Source of the DNA: an uncultured Verrucomicrobia subdivision 3 bacterium
Lineage (GTDB): Bacteria > Verrucomicrobiota > Verrucomicrobiia > Limisphaerales > UBA11358
Reading direction: 5' to 3'
NCBI GenBank assembly: GCA_903888765.1
Contig: CAISVF010000481.1
Span: 1 to 63,541 of the forward strand
DNA: 63,541 bases
In this document: piece by piece, positions 37,210 to 46,627 of the stretch
Numbering within the stretch: position 1 is the first letter of the stretch
How the letters are laid out: each line of letters opens with the position of its first letter
Translations under genes and position numbers: made by a program
Notes under the pieces: model-generated
What the model was told of the DNA's origin: nothing
Seen by the model: the letters and a program-made list of their open reading frames with translations, nothing else
Database searches by the model: none

Positions 37210-39558
37210 ATGAAAATCGAAGCACCAATGCGTGAGACGCGCGAATTACGCCAGCAAATAATTTTCGCCGACGTCGCCGTCATCGGCGGCGGTTTGGCGG
37301 GTGTGTGCGCGGCCATCACGGCGGCGCGGGCGGGCAGCAAGGTCGTGCTGGTGCAGGATCGTCCGGTATTGGGCGGCAATGCGTCGAGTGAAGTGCGTTT
37401 GTGGATTCTGGGCGCGACCTCGCATATGGGCAACAACAACCGCTGGGCGCGCGAGGGGGGCTTAATCGACGAACTCCTCGTGGAAAACGCATACCGTAAT
37501 CCCGAGGGCAACCCGCTCATTCTCGACACCATTATTTTGGAAATGGTCGTCAACGAGCCAAACATCACGCTACTGCTCAACACCGCCGTTAACAATTTGG
37601 AAAAATCCGATGCGGACACCATCGAGTCTGTCCGGGCGTTCTGCTCGCAGAACTCGACCACCTACGAAATCACCGCGCCGGTTTTCGTGGACGCCAGCGG
37701 CGATGGCATCGTCGGTTTTCTGGCCGGGGCGGCGTTCCGCATCGGGGCAGAGGCGCGCTCGGAATTCGGCGAACATTTCGCTCCGGACAAAGCCACTCAG
37801 GAATTGCTCGGCCATACCATTTATTTCTACTCGAAAGACACGGGGCGGCCGGTGAAATTTATCCCGCCAAGCTTCGCATTGCGGGACATCACCAGGATTC
37901 CGCGCTGGCGCGACATCAAATTCAACGACACCGGCTGCCGCCTCTGGTGGCTGGAATGGGGCGGCGCGCTCGACACGATTCATGACAGTGAAAAGATCAA
38001 GTGGGAGCTCTGGAAGGTCGCTTACGGCGTTTGGAATCATATCAAGAACTCCGGTCTATTTCCTGAAGCCGAGACGCTGACACTGGAATGGGTGGGCACG
38101 ATTCCCGGCAAGCGGGAGAGCCGCCGCTTTGAGGGCGACATGATGATCACGCAGCCGGATTTGGTGGAGCAACGTCGCCACACTGACGCGGTTTCCTTTG
38201 GCGGTTGGGCGATTGACCTGCATCCCAGCGATGGCGTGTTCAGCGCGCAGCCCGGCTGTCAGCAATGGCATTCCAGGGGCGTATATCAAATCCCCTATCG
38301 CGCCATGTATTCGCGCAATGTCAGGAACCTCTTCCTGGCCGGTCGCATCATCAGCGCGTCGCACATCGCGTTCGGGTCCACGCGCGTAATGGCAACATGT
38401 GCACACAACGGCCAGGCCGTCGGCCTGGCAGCAGCGATTTGCGCAAAGAACAAACTTCAACCGCGCGACCTGCTCGCCGCGCCGCGCATGAAGGAATTGC
38501 AGCGCGAATTGCTGCGCATGGGGCAATACATTCCCGGTCTGGCATTGGAAGATGAAAGGGATTTGGCGCGCACGGCGGAAATTTCCGCCACCAGCGAATT
38601 AAAGCTGTCGGAATTCACGCCGAGCGGCGAGACGATGACACTGGACGCGTCATGGGCCATGATGCTGCCGGTGCAACCGGGCGCGATGCCAGCGGTAGAA
38701 TTTCTCCTCGAAGTATCGCGGCCAACCACCCTGCGCGCCGAGTTGCGTGTGAGCAGCAAGCCGGATAACCATACGCCCGACGTTACGCTAACGACGTACG
38801 AAATCCAATTAAATACCGGCGCCCGAATCCAAGTGCCGGTGAAGTTCGATGCGCGGATTGGCGTGCCGCGCTATGCCTTCGTCTGTCTCATGGCGAATCC
38901 GGACGTGGCCGTTCACTTGAGCGACCAACGCGTGACCGGCGTCTTGGCCGTGACGCAGAAGTTCAACCGCGCCGTGGCGAAATCGCCGCGCCAGGAGCCG
39001 CCGCCGGGCAGCGGCATTGATAGTTTTGAATTCTGGATTCCGCAGCGTCGTCCATGCGGAAAAAATCTGGCGGTGAAAATTGAGCCGCCGCTGGAAGCCT
39101 TTGGCGCACAGAACCTGACGAACGGTTTTGACCGTCCAACGAACCAGCCGAATGCGTGGATTGCAGATTTCTCACAAGAGCAGCCGGTGCTTCGCCTCGC
39201 CTGGGACAAACCGCAAACCATCGCGCGGATTGAGCTTTGCTTCGACACGGATTTTGATCATCCGATGGAATCCGTATTGATGGGCCATCCGGAACGCGTG
39301 ATTCCGTTCTGTGTGCGTGAAGTGAGGGTGACTATTTCCGCAAAAGATTCCGCGCTGGCCGGTCAACATCGAGGCAAGGACGCAAACGCCTCGGAAACGA
39401 AGCGGCTGGTTTTTCAGATTTCGGACAATCACCAGTCGCGGCAAAGCATCCATCTACCAACGCCAGTCACCACCGACGCGCTGGAGCTGCGTCTGGATAG
39501 GCCCGAGGGCAACGTTCCCGCAGCATTGTTCACGGTCAGGTGCTTGGCACCCGCTTAA
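37210..39558 (+). CDS. FAD-dependent oxidoreductase (PF12831-like) with C-terminal beta-sandwich region
   Basis: ADVAVIGGGLAGVCAAITAARAGSKVVLVQDRPVLGGNASSE. 782 aa. Confidence 0.75.
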   Translation: MKIEAPMRETRELRQQIIFADVAVIGGGLAGVCAAITAARAGSKVVLVQDRPVLGGNASSEVRLWILGATSHMGNNNRWAREGGLIDELLVENAYRNPEGNPLILDTIILEMVVNEPNITLLLNTAVNNLEKSDADTIESVRAFCSQNSTTYEITAPVFVDASGDGIVGFLAGAAFRIGAEARSEFGEHFAPDKATQELLGHTIYFYSKDTGRPVKFIPPSFALRDITRIPRWRDIKFNDTGCRLWWLEWGGALDTIHDSEKIKWELWKVAYGVWNHIKNSGLFPEAETLTLEWVGTIPGKRESRRFEGDMMITQPDLVEQRRHTDAVSFGGWAIDLHPSDGVFSAQPGCQQWHSRGVYQIPYRAMYSRNVRNLFLAGRIISASHIAFGSTRVMATCAHNGQAVGLAAAICAKNKLQPRDLLAAPRMKELQRELLRMGQYIPGLALEDERDLARTAEISATSELKLSEFTPSGETMTLDASWAMMLPVQPGAMPAVEFLLEVSRPTTLRAELRVSSKPDNHTPDVTLTTYEIQLNTGARIQVPVKFDARIGVPRYAFVCLMANPDVAVHLSDQRVTGVLAVTQKFNRAVAKSPRQEPPPGSGIDSFEFWIPQRRPCGKNLAVKIEPPLEAFGAQNLTNGFDRPTNQPNAWIADFSQEQPVLRLAWDKPQTIARIELCFDTDFDHPMESVLMGHPERVIPFCVREVRVTISAKDSALAGQHRGKDANASETKRLVFQISDNHQSRQSIHLPTPVTTDALELRLDRPEGNVPAALFTVRCLAPA

Positions 39559-39566
39559 GTTAATCC

Positions 39567-40667
39567 ATGTTCAAATTCAAAATGCATCGCGCTCTCGCCA
39601 CTGGCGCTTTATCACTGTGGTTTTCAATGCCGTCACTGGCAGTAAATGCTGGGACAGCGGTGGAATACAACTTCAACGCCATGCTGCAGCCCGTGCCAAC
39701 AATGGCGAAGTGGGCGGACACCAATTACAATATCTGGTGCGGCTCGGAGATCAAGGGCGATGACGGCAAATACCACCTCTTTTATTCGCGCTGGCCGCGC
39801 CAATTGGGGCATCAGGCGTGGGCTTCCTATTCCGAAATCGCGCACGCGGTTGGCGACACGCCGTTCGGCCCGTGGAAGCATCGCGATGTGGCGCTGCCCG
39901 CGCGCGGGACCAACTTTTGGGACGGCTCATGCACCCACAACCCAACCATTCTCCGCATTGGCAAAAAGTTTTATCTTTACTACATGGGTAACTACGGCGA
40001 TGGAATAGTGACGGGTTTGCTGAACTGGACGCATCGCAACCATCAGCGCATCGGCGTGGCGGTGGCGGAAACGCCGGACGGCCCCTGGCAGCGGTTTGAA
40101 AAGCCCGTCGTGGACATTAGCAACGATACGAACGCACCGGATGCGTTGCTCACTTCCAATCCCTCCGTCGCGCAGCGGCCCGATGGCGGCGTATTGATGG
40201 TTTACAAAGCGGTCGCGCTGCGCGGCAAGCCGCCATTCGGCGGACCGGTGTCCCACCTCGTTGCCACGGCAGACAGCCCGACCGGACCGTTCACAAAACA
40301 TCCCGGCGAAGTGTTCGGGGCGAAAGGCGTGATGTTCGCGGCGGAAGACCCCTTTATCTGGCGCGGCGCAGATCGCTACTGGGCGGTGGTGAAAGACAAC
40401 GACGGCAATTTCACTCATCGCGGCTACTCGCTGGCGCTCTGGGAATCGGGAGATGGTATTGATTGGAAATTAGCGAAGTATTCGTTTGTCGCAAATCCGG
40501 GAGCGATCCGCTGGTCCGACAGTCACGAGGAAAAGCTGACTGCGCTGGAGCGCCCGCAAGTGCTTTTTGAAAACGGTGAGCCCATTGCACTATGTTGTGC
40601 CGCGGCAAACAACAAATCGCGCGACGGGAGTTTCAATCTGCAGATTCCGCTTGGCGCACAGCGCTGA
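39567..40667 (+). CDS. Five-bladed beta-propeller glycoside-hydrolase-like protein, family unassigned (paralog 3 of 4)
   Basis: IWCGSEIKGDDGKYHLFYSRWP, GKKFYLYYMGN, HRNHQRIGVA. About 87 percent identical to 58798..59874 (23 differences in 180 hand-aligned residues). Confidence 0.6.
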   Translation: MFKFKMHRALATGALSLWFSMPSLAVNAGTAVEYNFNAMLQPVPTMAKWADTNYNIWCGSEIKGDDGKYHLFYSRWPRQLGHQAWASYSEIAHAVGDTPFGPWKHRDVALPARGTNFWDGSCTHNPTILRIGKKFYLYYMGNYGDGIVTGLLNWTHRNHQRIGVAVAETPDGPWQRFEKPVVDISNDTNAPDALLTSNPSVAQRPDGGVLMVYKAVALRGKPPFGGPVSHLVATADSPTGPFTKHPGEVFGAKGVMFAAEDPFIWRGADRYWAVVKDNDGNFTHRGYSLALWESGDGIDWKLAKYSFVANPGAIRWSDSHEEKLTALERPQVLFENGEPIALCCAAANNKSRDGSFNLQIPLGAQR

Positions 40668-40724
40668 TTCAATTGAGCATCAACCCACAGCGCGTGCTTT
40701 TTAAAATCAGAAACAACTTTAAAA

Positions 40725-42569
40725 ATGCGCAGGAATAAATTTAGCCTTGTCATCGTGTGCCTAATATCGCACGCGGCATTAGTCGCTAATAATCTACCCG
40801 CCGCACCGCCTTCCGATGAATACCAGCTACTTTACGAGGACAACTTTAAGGGTTCGAAGCTCAACACGAACGCCTGGATATACCGGCTGGGCGAGCGCCC
40901 CGGAACGGGCATGTTCAACAGCTTAAATAGCGCCGGGAATATTACCATCTCCAATGGACTGCATATCGCGGTCCATCCGGAAGCCATCAGAGGCAAAACC
41001 TGGAACACCGGCGGCGGCGTGATCAGCCGATACCAGTTCGGCTACGGTTATTACGAGACGCTTTCCACTCCGTTTATGGGAGGACGCGGGGTGCATTCGT
41101 CCATGTGGCAGGCCGGCGGCGCAGTGCCGAACAATAGCATTTTTGAAATTGACGGTTATGAGATTGATTCCAAGTCCGCCATGGCTTGCCATAATCTATA
41201 TGTTCATTTGAGCCCGGCGGCTTATAAGGAAACGCCCTGGCCGATGCGTTGCAATCAGCCTGTTCAACTCGATCAAAAAGGTGCTTATCTGTGTGGCTAC
41301 GAATTTACGCCTGACGGGGTCAAGTTTTACGAGGGCGGCAGGCTGACGGCGACCGCCGACTGGCCGCAACTCACCGCCCAGCAGGTCGTCTGGCTGACCG
41401 CCCTCAATGGCGTCGGCAAAGTGGATGCGGTGCCGGGTGAGACCATCTTCAGATATTTCCGCTATTACGCCAGGGATTATCCGGGCGTGAACCTGTTGCC
41501 GAACGTCAGCTTTGAATACAACCTCGATAAAATTGACCCGCACACGCCTGTCGCGTGGCAGGTAAGCGGAGGAAATCCTGCAGCCGTGTTGATCAAACCA
41601 GGCGGGGCGGCAAATGGAAATTATTATCTCCGGCTTGGCTCAGACAACACGGCTTTCGCGGTGTCGACGACCCAGAAGCTGGAATTCATTCGCAATGGCA
41701 ACTACGAATTGACGGCGATGATTCGCAGTTCCGGCGGTTTGGAGGCTGCACTAATAGCCGTTTCGGACTTTGGCGGCAATGAACAGTCCATTGAGATTCC
41801 AGAATTCTCGGACTGGCAAATGATCCGCATCCCGCAAATCACCGTCAGTAATCTGACCGCCACCATTTCGCTTTATGCAAAAGGTCATGCCGGTCAGTGG
41901 GTGGATTTTGACGATGTGCGTTTCCAAAAACCGCCTCAGCCCGGGGCAACGCCCGTGCCGACTCCGGAGTTCAAGCCGGTTGGAGATCCGATTTGGACGC
42001 TGGCCATGCGCGAACCAATTCGCTTTTTGGGCGATGGTAAATTCTATTTTTTCGACCGAATCGTTGGATCAGGGGACGCTATTTCCGTGGTATTCACTGT
42101 CAACGCCAGCCATTTAGCCAACACCATTCCCATTGCTCGGATGCCCAAAACCGGTAATTCCGGGTGGGCGGTTCAGTTGGGTGAAAATGGTCAGGTTTGT
42201 TTTAGTCTCGGCAGCCTAGAACATCACCAGAATGTGGTGGCCGAGGCCCATTATCAGGCGGGCAAAGACTGTCACATTGCGTGCCTATTTGATCGTGGCG
42301 TGGCCAAGATATTTGTGAATGGAATTTTGCGACAAACGGTAAAAGACATTCCATTTGACACCCAAGACAAGTCCGCGCCCGGACGGATTGGCGCGAATGA
42401 CAATCGTTTTGATGCGGTTGGCGAGGTGATCATGCCGGCAACCGGAGGGATAAATAACGCCGCAACAAAAAAAGCTAAAATGCAACTTTTTGTCGGCACA
42501 CTTTCTCATATACAGATTTACAACCGCGCATTGACGGAGGCGGAGATTGCCAAACCCAGCGCTGAATGA
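40725..42569 (+). CDS. GH16-like catalytic domain plus CBM-like and LamG-like domains
   Basis: Signal peptide. YEDNFKGSKLNTNAW and catalytic FEIDGYEID (E-x-D-x-x-E). C-terminal LSHIQIYNRALTEAEI is typical of LamG_3 ends. Confidence 0.7.
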   Translation: MRRNKFSLVIVCLISHAALVANNLPAAPPSDEYQLLYEDNFKGSKLNTNAWIYRLGERPGTGMFNSLNSAGNITISNGLHIAVHPEAIRGKTWNTGGGVISRYQFGYGYYETLSTPFMGGRGVHSSMWQAGGAVPNNSIFEIDGYEIDSKSAMACHNLYVHLSPAAYKETPWPMRCNQPVQLDQKGAYLCGYEFTPDGVKFYEGGRLTATADWPQLTAQQVVWLTALNGVGKVDAVPGETIFRYFRYYARDYPGVNLLPNVSFEYNLDKIDPHTPVAWQVSGGNPAAVLIKPGGAANGNYYLRLGSDNTAFAVSTTQKLEFIRNGNYELTAMIRSSGGLEAALIAVSDFGGNEQSIEIPEFSDWQMIRIPQITVSNLTATISLYAKGHAGQWVDFDDVRFQKPPQPGATPVPTPEFKPVGDPIWTLAMREPIRFLGDGKFYFFDRIVGSGDAISVVFTVNASHLANTIPIARMPKTGNSGWAVQLGENGQVCFSLGSLEHHQNVVAEAHYQAGKDCHIACLFDRGVAKIFVNGILRQTVKDIPFDTQDKSAPGRIGANDNRFDAVGEVIMPATGGINNAATKKAKMQLFVGTLSHIQIYNRALTEAEIAKPSAE

Positions 42570-42646
42570 CGGAATTGCGATTCCATGAACATCCAAACCA
42601 AAGTTTGCCGGATGCATCGGATTAATCGTATTATGAGCGCAATTCC

Positions 42647-43639
42647 ATGAAAACATACATTTACTTCATCCCGCTACTCGTCACTGCTGCTTTGGTGGCG
42701 AACTTTCCTGCGGTGGCGGCAAATAAACCGGTGCGGGTCTTCATACTCGCCGGACAATCCAACATGGAGGGACACGGTTTCGTTCCCGCCGATCCGAAAC
42801 GCAACGGCGGGAAAGGCTCGCTGGAGTTTGTGGTGAAAGATCCGGCCACGGCAAAAAAATTTACGACGCTCGTGGACGCTGCGGGGAAGTGGCGCACGCG
42901 CGACGACGTGTGGATCAGCTACCTTGACCGCAAGGGGCCACTCACGGTCGGCTATGGCGCGCGCCCGGATATGATCGGACCTGAACTCGGTTTTGGCTGG
43001 GTAATGGGTGATGCGCTCCCTGAACCCGCTTTACTGATCAAATGCGCCTGGGGCGGCAAGAGTCTCGCCGTTGATTTTCGACCACCCGGCGCAGGCAAAC
43101 TGCCGTATTCACTCGGCCCGAAGGACGATGCAGCTATCGCGGCCGATCCCGCAATCGTCGGCAAATATTATAGAGAGACGCTGGCGCTCACCAAGGCTGC
43201 GCTCGCAAGCATCCAGAAACTCGTGCCGGGCAGCGACGGGAGCTACGTGCTCGGAGGCTTTGGCTGGCATCAAGGGTGGAACGACCGCATCAACGAGAAG
43301 TTCAACGCCGAATACGAAACCAACATGACACATTTCATTCAGGATATGCGCAAGGACCTCGGCGCGCCTGGACTGCCGTTCGTTATTGCCGAAACCGGCA
43401 TGACCGGCCCCGAGGAAAAAAACCCTCGCGCGTTGTCCTTGATGAAAGCGCAAGCGGCTGTGGCGGAACACCCGGAGTTCAAAGGTAACGTCGCCTTCGT
43501 TGGCACTCGGGTGTTTTGGCGGCCCGAAGATCAATCGCCCAATAAGCAGGGGTATCATTGGAACTCGAATGCGGAGACCTACTACCTTATCGGCGAAGCC
43601 ATGGGCCAGGCGATGAAAAATCTCATCGAAATCAAATAA
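42647..43639 (+). CDS. SASA-family (sialate O-acetylesterase-like) carbohydrate esterase
   Basis: VRVFILAGQSNMEGHG catalytic-Ser motif. 330 aa with a signal peptide. Confidence 0.85.
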   Translation: MKTYIYFIPLLVTAALVANFPAVAANKPVRVFILAGQSNMEGHGFVPADPKRNGGKGSLEFVVKDPATAKKFTTLVDAAGKWRTRDDVWISYLDRKGPLTVGYGARPDMIGPELGFGWVMGDALPEPALLIKCAWGGKSLAVDFRPPGAGKLPYSLGPKDDAAIAADPAIVGKYYRETLALTKAALASIQKLVPGSDGSYVLGGFGWHQGWNDRINEKFNAEYETNMTHFIQDMRKDLGAPGLPFVIAETGMTGPEEKNPRALSLMKAQAAVAEHPEFKGNVAFVGTRVFWRPEDQSPNKQGYHWNSNAETYYLIGEAMGQAMKNLIEIK

Positions 43640-43668
43640 GCTAGCAACGCAATGGCAAAGCAGTTGTT

Positions 43669-43950
43669 ATGAACTTGCTCTTCACTATCGCTCTCTGCGT
43701 GTGGTGTGCCGGTTCAGCGCTTCTTGCAGTCGATGTCCCATCCAGTGTGCGTCCGAACATGCTTTTCATCCTCGCCGATGACCTTGGTTATGGCGACGCC
43801 GGCTGACAAACCGGAATCCAAAGTAGCCACACCAAACCTCGATCACCTGGCAACCGAAGGGATGTGATTCACTGACGTGCACGCTTCCTCAACGGTTTGC
43901 ACGCCCAGCCACTGCAGCGGTTGATCGGTTGGATGTCCGGAGCCGCGCTC
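43669..43950 (+). pseudogene. Sulfatase remnant (N-terminal approx 90 codons; frameshift plus nonsense)
   Basis: [27 protein letters not shown], then in-frame TGA at 43804. After a 2-nt gap the frame reads [20 protein letters not shown](43865)-FTDVHASSTVCTPSHCSG. It parallels the intact sulfatase at 52968..54572 ([56 protein letters not shown]). Confidence 0.85.
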
Positions 43951-43980
43951 CCGGACATACGCTACCACCTGCTCCCCGAC

Positions 43981-44805
43981 TCAGAAGTCCTTGAGTTTAG
44001 CGGAAATTTTCTTCCACGCGGCCATATCAGCCTTTAGGTTTTCCAATGGATCGCCCAGCACGCTATAGCATTGCAAACCAACTGGGCCTTTGTAGCCAGC
44101 GGCAAACAGTTTCCGCAAATAATCGGCTAGGTCAAAATCACCTTGATCCAGACGCTGCAGATACTTTTTGTTGGCCACGCTAATGCCATTAACGGAGATG
44201 AGAATTGAAAGCGGCGCGACATTCTTAATGGTTTCATTCAGGACTTCGCCTTTTTTGGCGGTAAACTCGTGGCAGAGATTGATGCTCGCCCCCACATTCC
44301 CACGGTTCGCCAGCTTCATGATACGGGCGGCGTCCTCACCTGTCTCAACATACATGCCGGCGTGCCCATAAATCGCAACGCGAACACCTTGGGCGGCGGC
44401 GAGGTCGGCCATTTCTTGCACATTCCGGACAGCTTCCGCATCGTGGTCGCCTTTTTCCTTGGGTTTCATTAGTGTCATCCAGATGACAGTGTCGGTTCCT
44501 TTCAACAGCTTGATGGCTTCTTTGAACGCGGGATCAAAATGTACCGGTCGATCCAGATAGGTATAAACATAAAGGCCATATATCTTGAGGCCCTGCTCAT
44601 TAAACGCCTTTTGCTGCGCGGCGAATTGGGCGGGTTTTGTATAGTTGTAGCTGATGCCGTCGAAACCCAATTCTTTCAACGTGCTCGCCTGTTGTTCTGG
44701 CGTCCACGTGCCGCGTCCAACCCCGTTGTCAAAAACAAAGAATTCCGGCACGGCACCGAGGGCCGTCAACTGCGCGAGCAAGATGATCGCAATAATGGTT
44801 TTCAT
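43981..44805 (-). CDS. Secreted xylose-isomerase-like TIM-barrel protein (sugar phosphate isomerase/epimerase family)
   Basis: ATG at 44805 (MKTIIAIILLAQLTALGAVPE signal peptide) overlaps the upstream stop (ATGA). LGFDGISYNY and the rest of the TIM-barrel pattern follow. Confidence 0.75.
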   Translation of the reverse strand: MKTIIAIILLAQLTALGAVPEFFVFDNGVGRGTWTPEQQASTLKELGFDGISYNYTKPAQFAAQQKAFNEQGLKIYGLYVYTYLDRPVHFDPAFKEAIKLLKGTDTVIWMTLMKPKEKGDHDAEAVRNVQEMADLAAAQGVRVAIYGHAGMYVETGEDAARIMKLANRGNVGASINLCHEFTAKKGEVLNETIKNVAPLSILISVNGISVANKKYLQRLDQGDFDLADYLRKLFAAGYKGPVGLQCYSVLGDPLENLKADMAAWKKISAKLKDF

Positions 44806-46133
44806 ATATCTTCCGGCTTCCAAGCTCCCCGCCAAGCCTTGCGCGTGAGCAGTTGGTTTGCCTCCTCGCGGTCGAACCTTTCTGTGACAGGATCCCACTT
44901 CAACTTCGCACCACCCAGTTGGATGGCGATATGCGCGATCTGACAGATAGATAGCGTGCGATGCCCTACCTCGAAATCCTCCATGGAGGAACTGCGACTG
45001 ATCACGGCCTCAATAAAATCTTCCTTGTCCTGTTTGCGCGAGAACGAAATCCAGTTCGCGCCTGATGGCGGCGAAATGATCTTGGGATCCGAAGCGAGCA
45101 GTTTTGGAGCGCCATAGGGCATTTCAATCCAGCCTTCGTCACCTTCAAACCGCGCATACGGGCGATCCATCTGATAAGTCAGCTCAACACCGTCAGCGTA
45201 GCGATAGTGCGCCTGAAAATTCAGGAGTACGTTGCGAACGTTGTCGGTTTTCGGATACTCGCCGCTCGCCTCGACCTCCACCGGTCCGGTGTGGTCCGAG
45301 TTATGCGCCCACTGCGCGATGTCATTGAGATGGGCACCCCAATTGCAAATCATGCCTTCACAATAGTCCAGATTTTGCATCCAACCGGGCCGGCCTCTCA
45401 GGTCGTGACGCGGATGCACCCTCTTTTCCAAATATCCCACGACTCGTGCCGGTCCAAGCCACTGGTCATAGTCCAGTTCCGGCGGCACTGGCTCGGCGGC
45501 AAACGGAATTAAAGACGCCCCTTCTTTCGGTGTGCCAGTAAACATTCGCCGCAAATTACCGATGCGCCCGTTGCGCACGCACTCGACGGCGTGGTGAAAC
45601 AGTTTCAGCGACCGAAACTCACTGTCTGTCCGCGTCACGCGATTCAGTTTCTTGGCCGTGTTGGCCAGCACGCGGCCCTCGCGGATGCTCAACGACAGCG
45701 GTTTTTCACAACTCACGTCCTTCCCGGCTTTCATCGCCGCAAGCGATATCGGGACGTGCCAATGATCCGGTGCGCCGACAAACACGGCATCAATGTCTGG
45801 CCGCGCGATTAGTTCCCGAAAATCTCTGAACCCCGTGCAGCCTTGGTAACGGCCGGAGGTTTTCTCCTGTGCATAATACGCTTCTACCTGCTGTTTGGCT
45901 TGCTGAAGCCGCCACGAATCCACATCGCAAACGGCCACGACACGGCACTTGTCGAGTGCGAGAAAACCGGGAATGTTGATGTTCTGGGTCTGGCGACCGA
46001 CACCGATGATTCCCACGGAAATTTTTTTGCTGGGCGCATCAGCACCAAGGATGTTGCGTGGCAAAATCAGCGGAGCCACCCCAAAAGCGGCAGCAGCCAT
46101 TCCCCCACGCCGGAAAAATTGTCGGCGATTCAT
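44802..46133 (-). CDS. Tat-exported Gfo/Idh/MocA family oxidoreductase
   Basis: Twin-arginine signal MNRRQFFRRGGMAAAAFG. Rossmann segment VGIIGVGRQT. 443 aa. Confidence 0.85.
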   Translation of the reverse strand: MNRRQFFRRGGMAAAAFGVAPLILPRNILGADAPSKKISVGIIGVGRQTQNINIPGFLALDKCRVVAVCDVDSWRLQQAKQQVEAYYAQEKTSGRYQGCTGFRDFRELIARPDIDAVFVGAPDHWHVPISLAAMKAGKDVSCEKPLSLSIREGRVLANTAKKLNRVTRTDSEFRSLKLFHHAVECVRNGRIGNLRRMFTGTPKEGASLIPFAAEPVPPELDYDQWLGPARVVGYLEKRVHPRHDLRGRPGWMQNLDYCEGMICNWGAHLNDIAQWAHNSDHTGPVEVEASGEYPKTDNVRNVLLNFQAHYRYADGVELTYQMDRPYARFEGDEGWIEMPYGAPKLLASDPKIISPPSGANWISFSRKQDKEDFIEAVISRSSSMEDFEVGHRTLSICQIAHIAIQLGGAKLKWDPVTERFDREEANQLLTRKAWRGAWKPEDI

Positions 46134-46627
46134 AATTCAATCCGGATAATTAATATCAAATTTTTAAATCCGTTTCTGGGACAATCTTTTTCTACCACCT
46201 CCGATAGCCCTTTTTCAAGCTCAACTTGCAGCTTTCGTTCAAGCGATCCCAGGACGCGATCTGCGTCGCTTGACGTTTCGTATCAATCCCGCTCTGCCAG
46301 GCAATGCACAAAGCAGCACCCTATTAACAGCGCTCAACACGACAAGCTCGATAACCTCCCCCCGGCTAACATCCAAACTGTCACTTTCCTGACAGCCATC
46401 ATTTCCCCTGCTCTTGGCACAGACAAAGCCAGGCCCCTACCAACTGGATACGGCCAACCGCCAGACCAATTGCCACCACTCGCACCACTTTACAAAGCCA
46501 GCATGAACGGTAGCAGACTGTCTGTTTCTGCCAATAAAAGCGCAGTAAACCTATACATTGAGCCATGGCAAGTTAACCCGACTTTCTATGCTCGTCGGAA
46601 AGGCTTTGGGCGAGGGGTGAAAAGGCC

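Noticed and set aside
43931-43958. Imperfect palindrome ATGTCCGGAGC-CGC-GCTCCCGGACAT, considered as a terminator of the TIM-barrel gene
   Set aside because: It lies within the tail of the sulfatase remnant, one arm has an extra base, and no T-tract follows on the minus strand.
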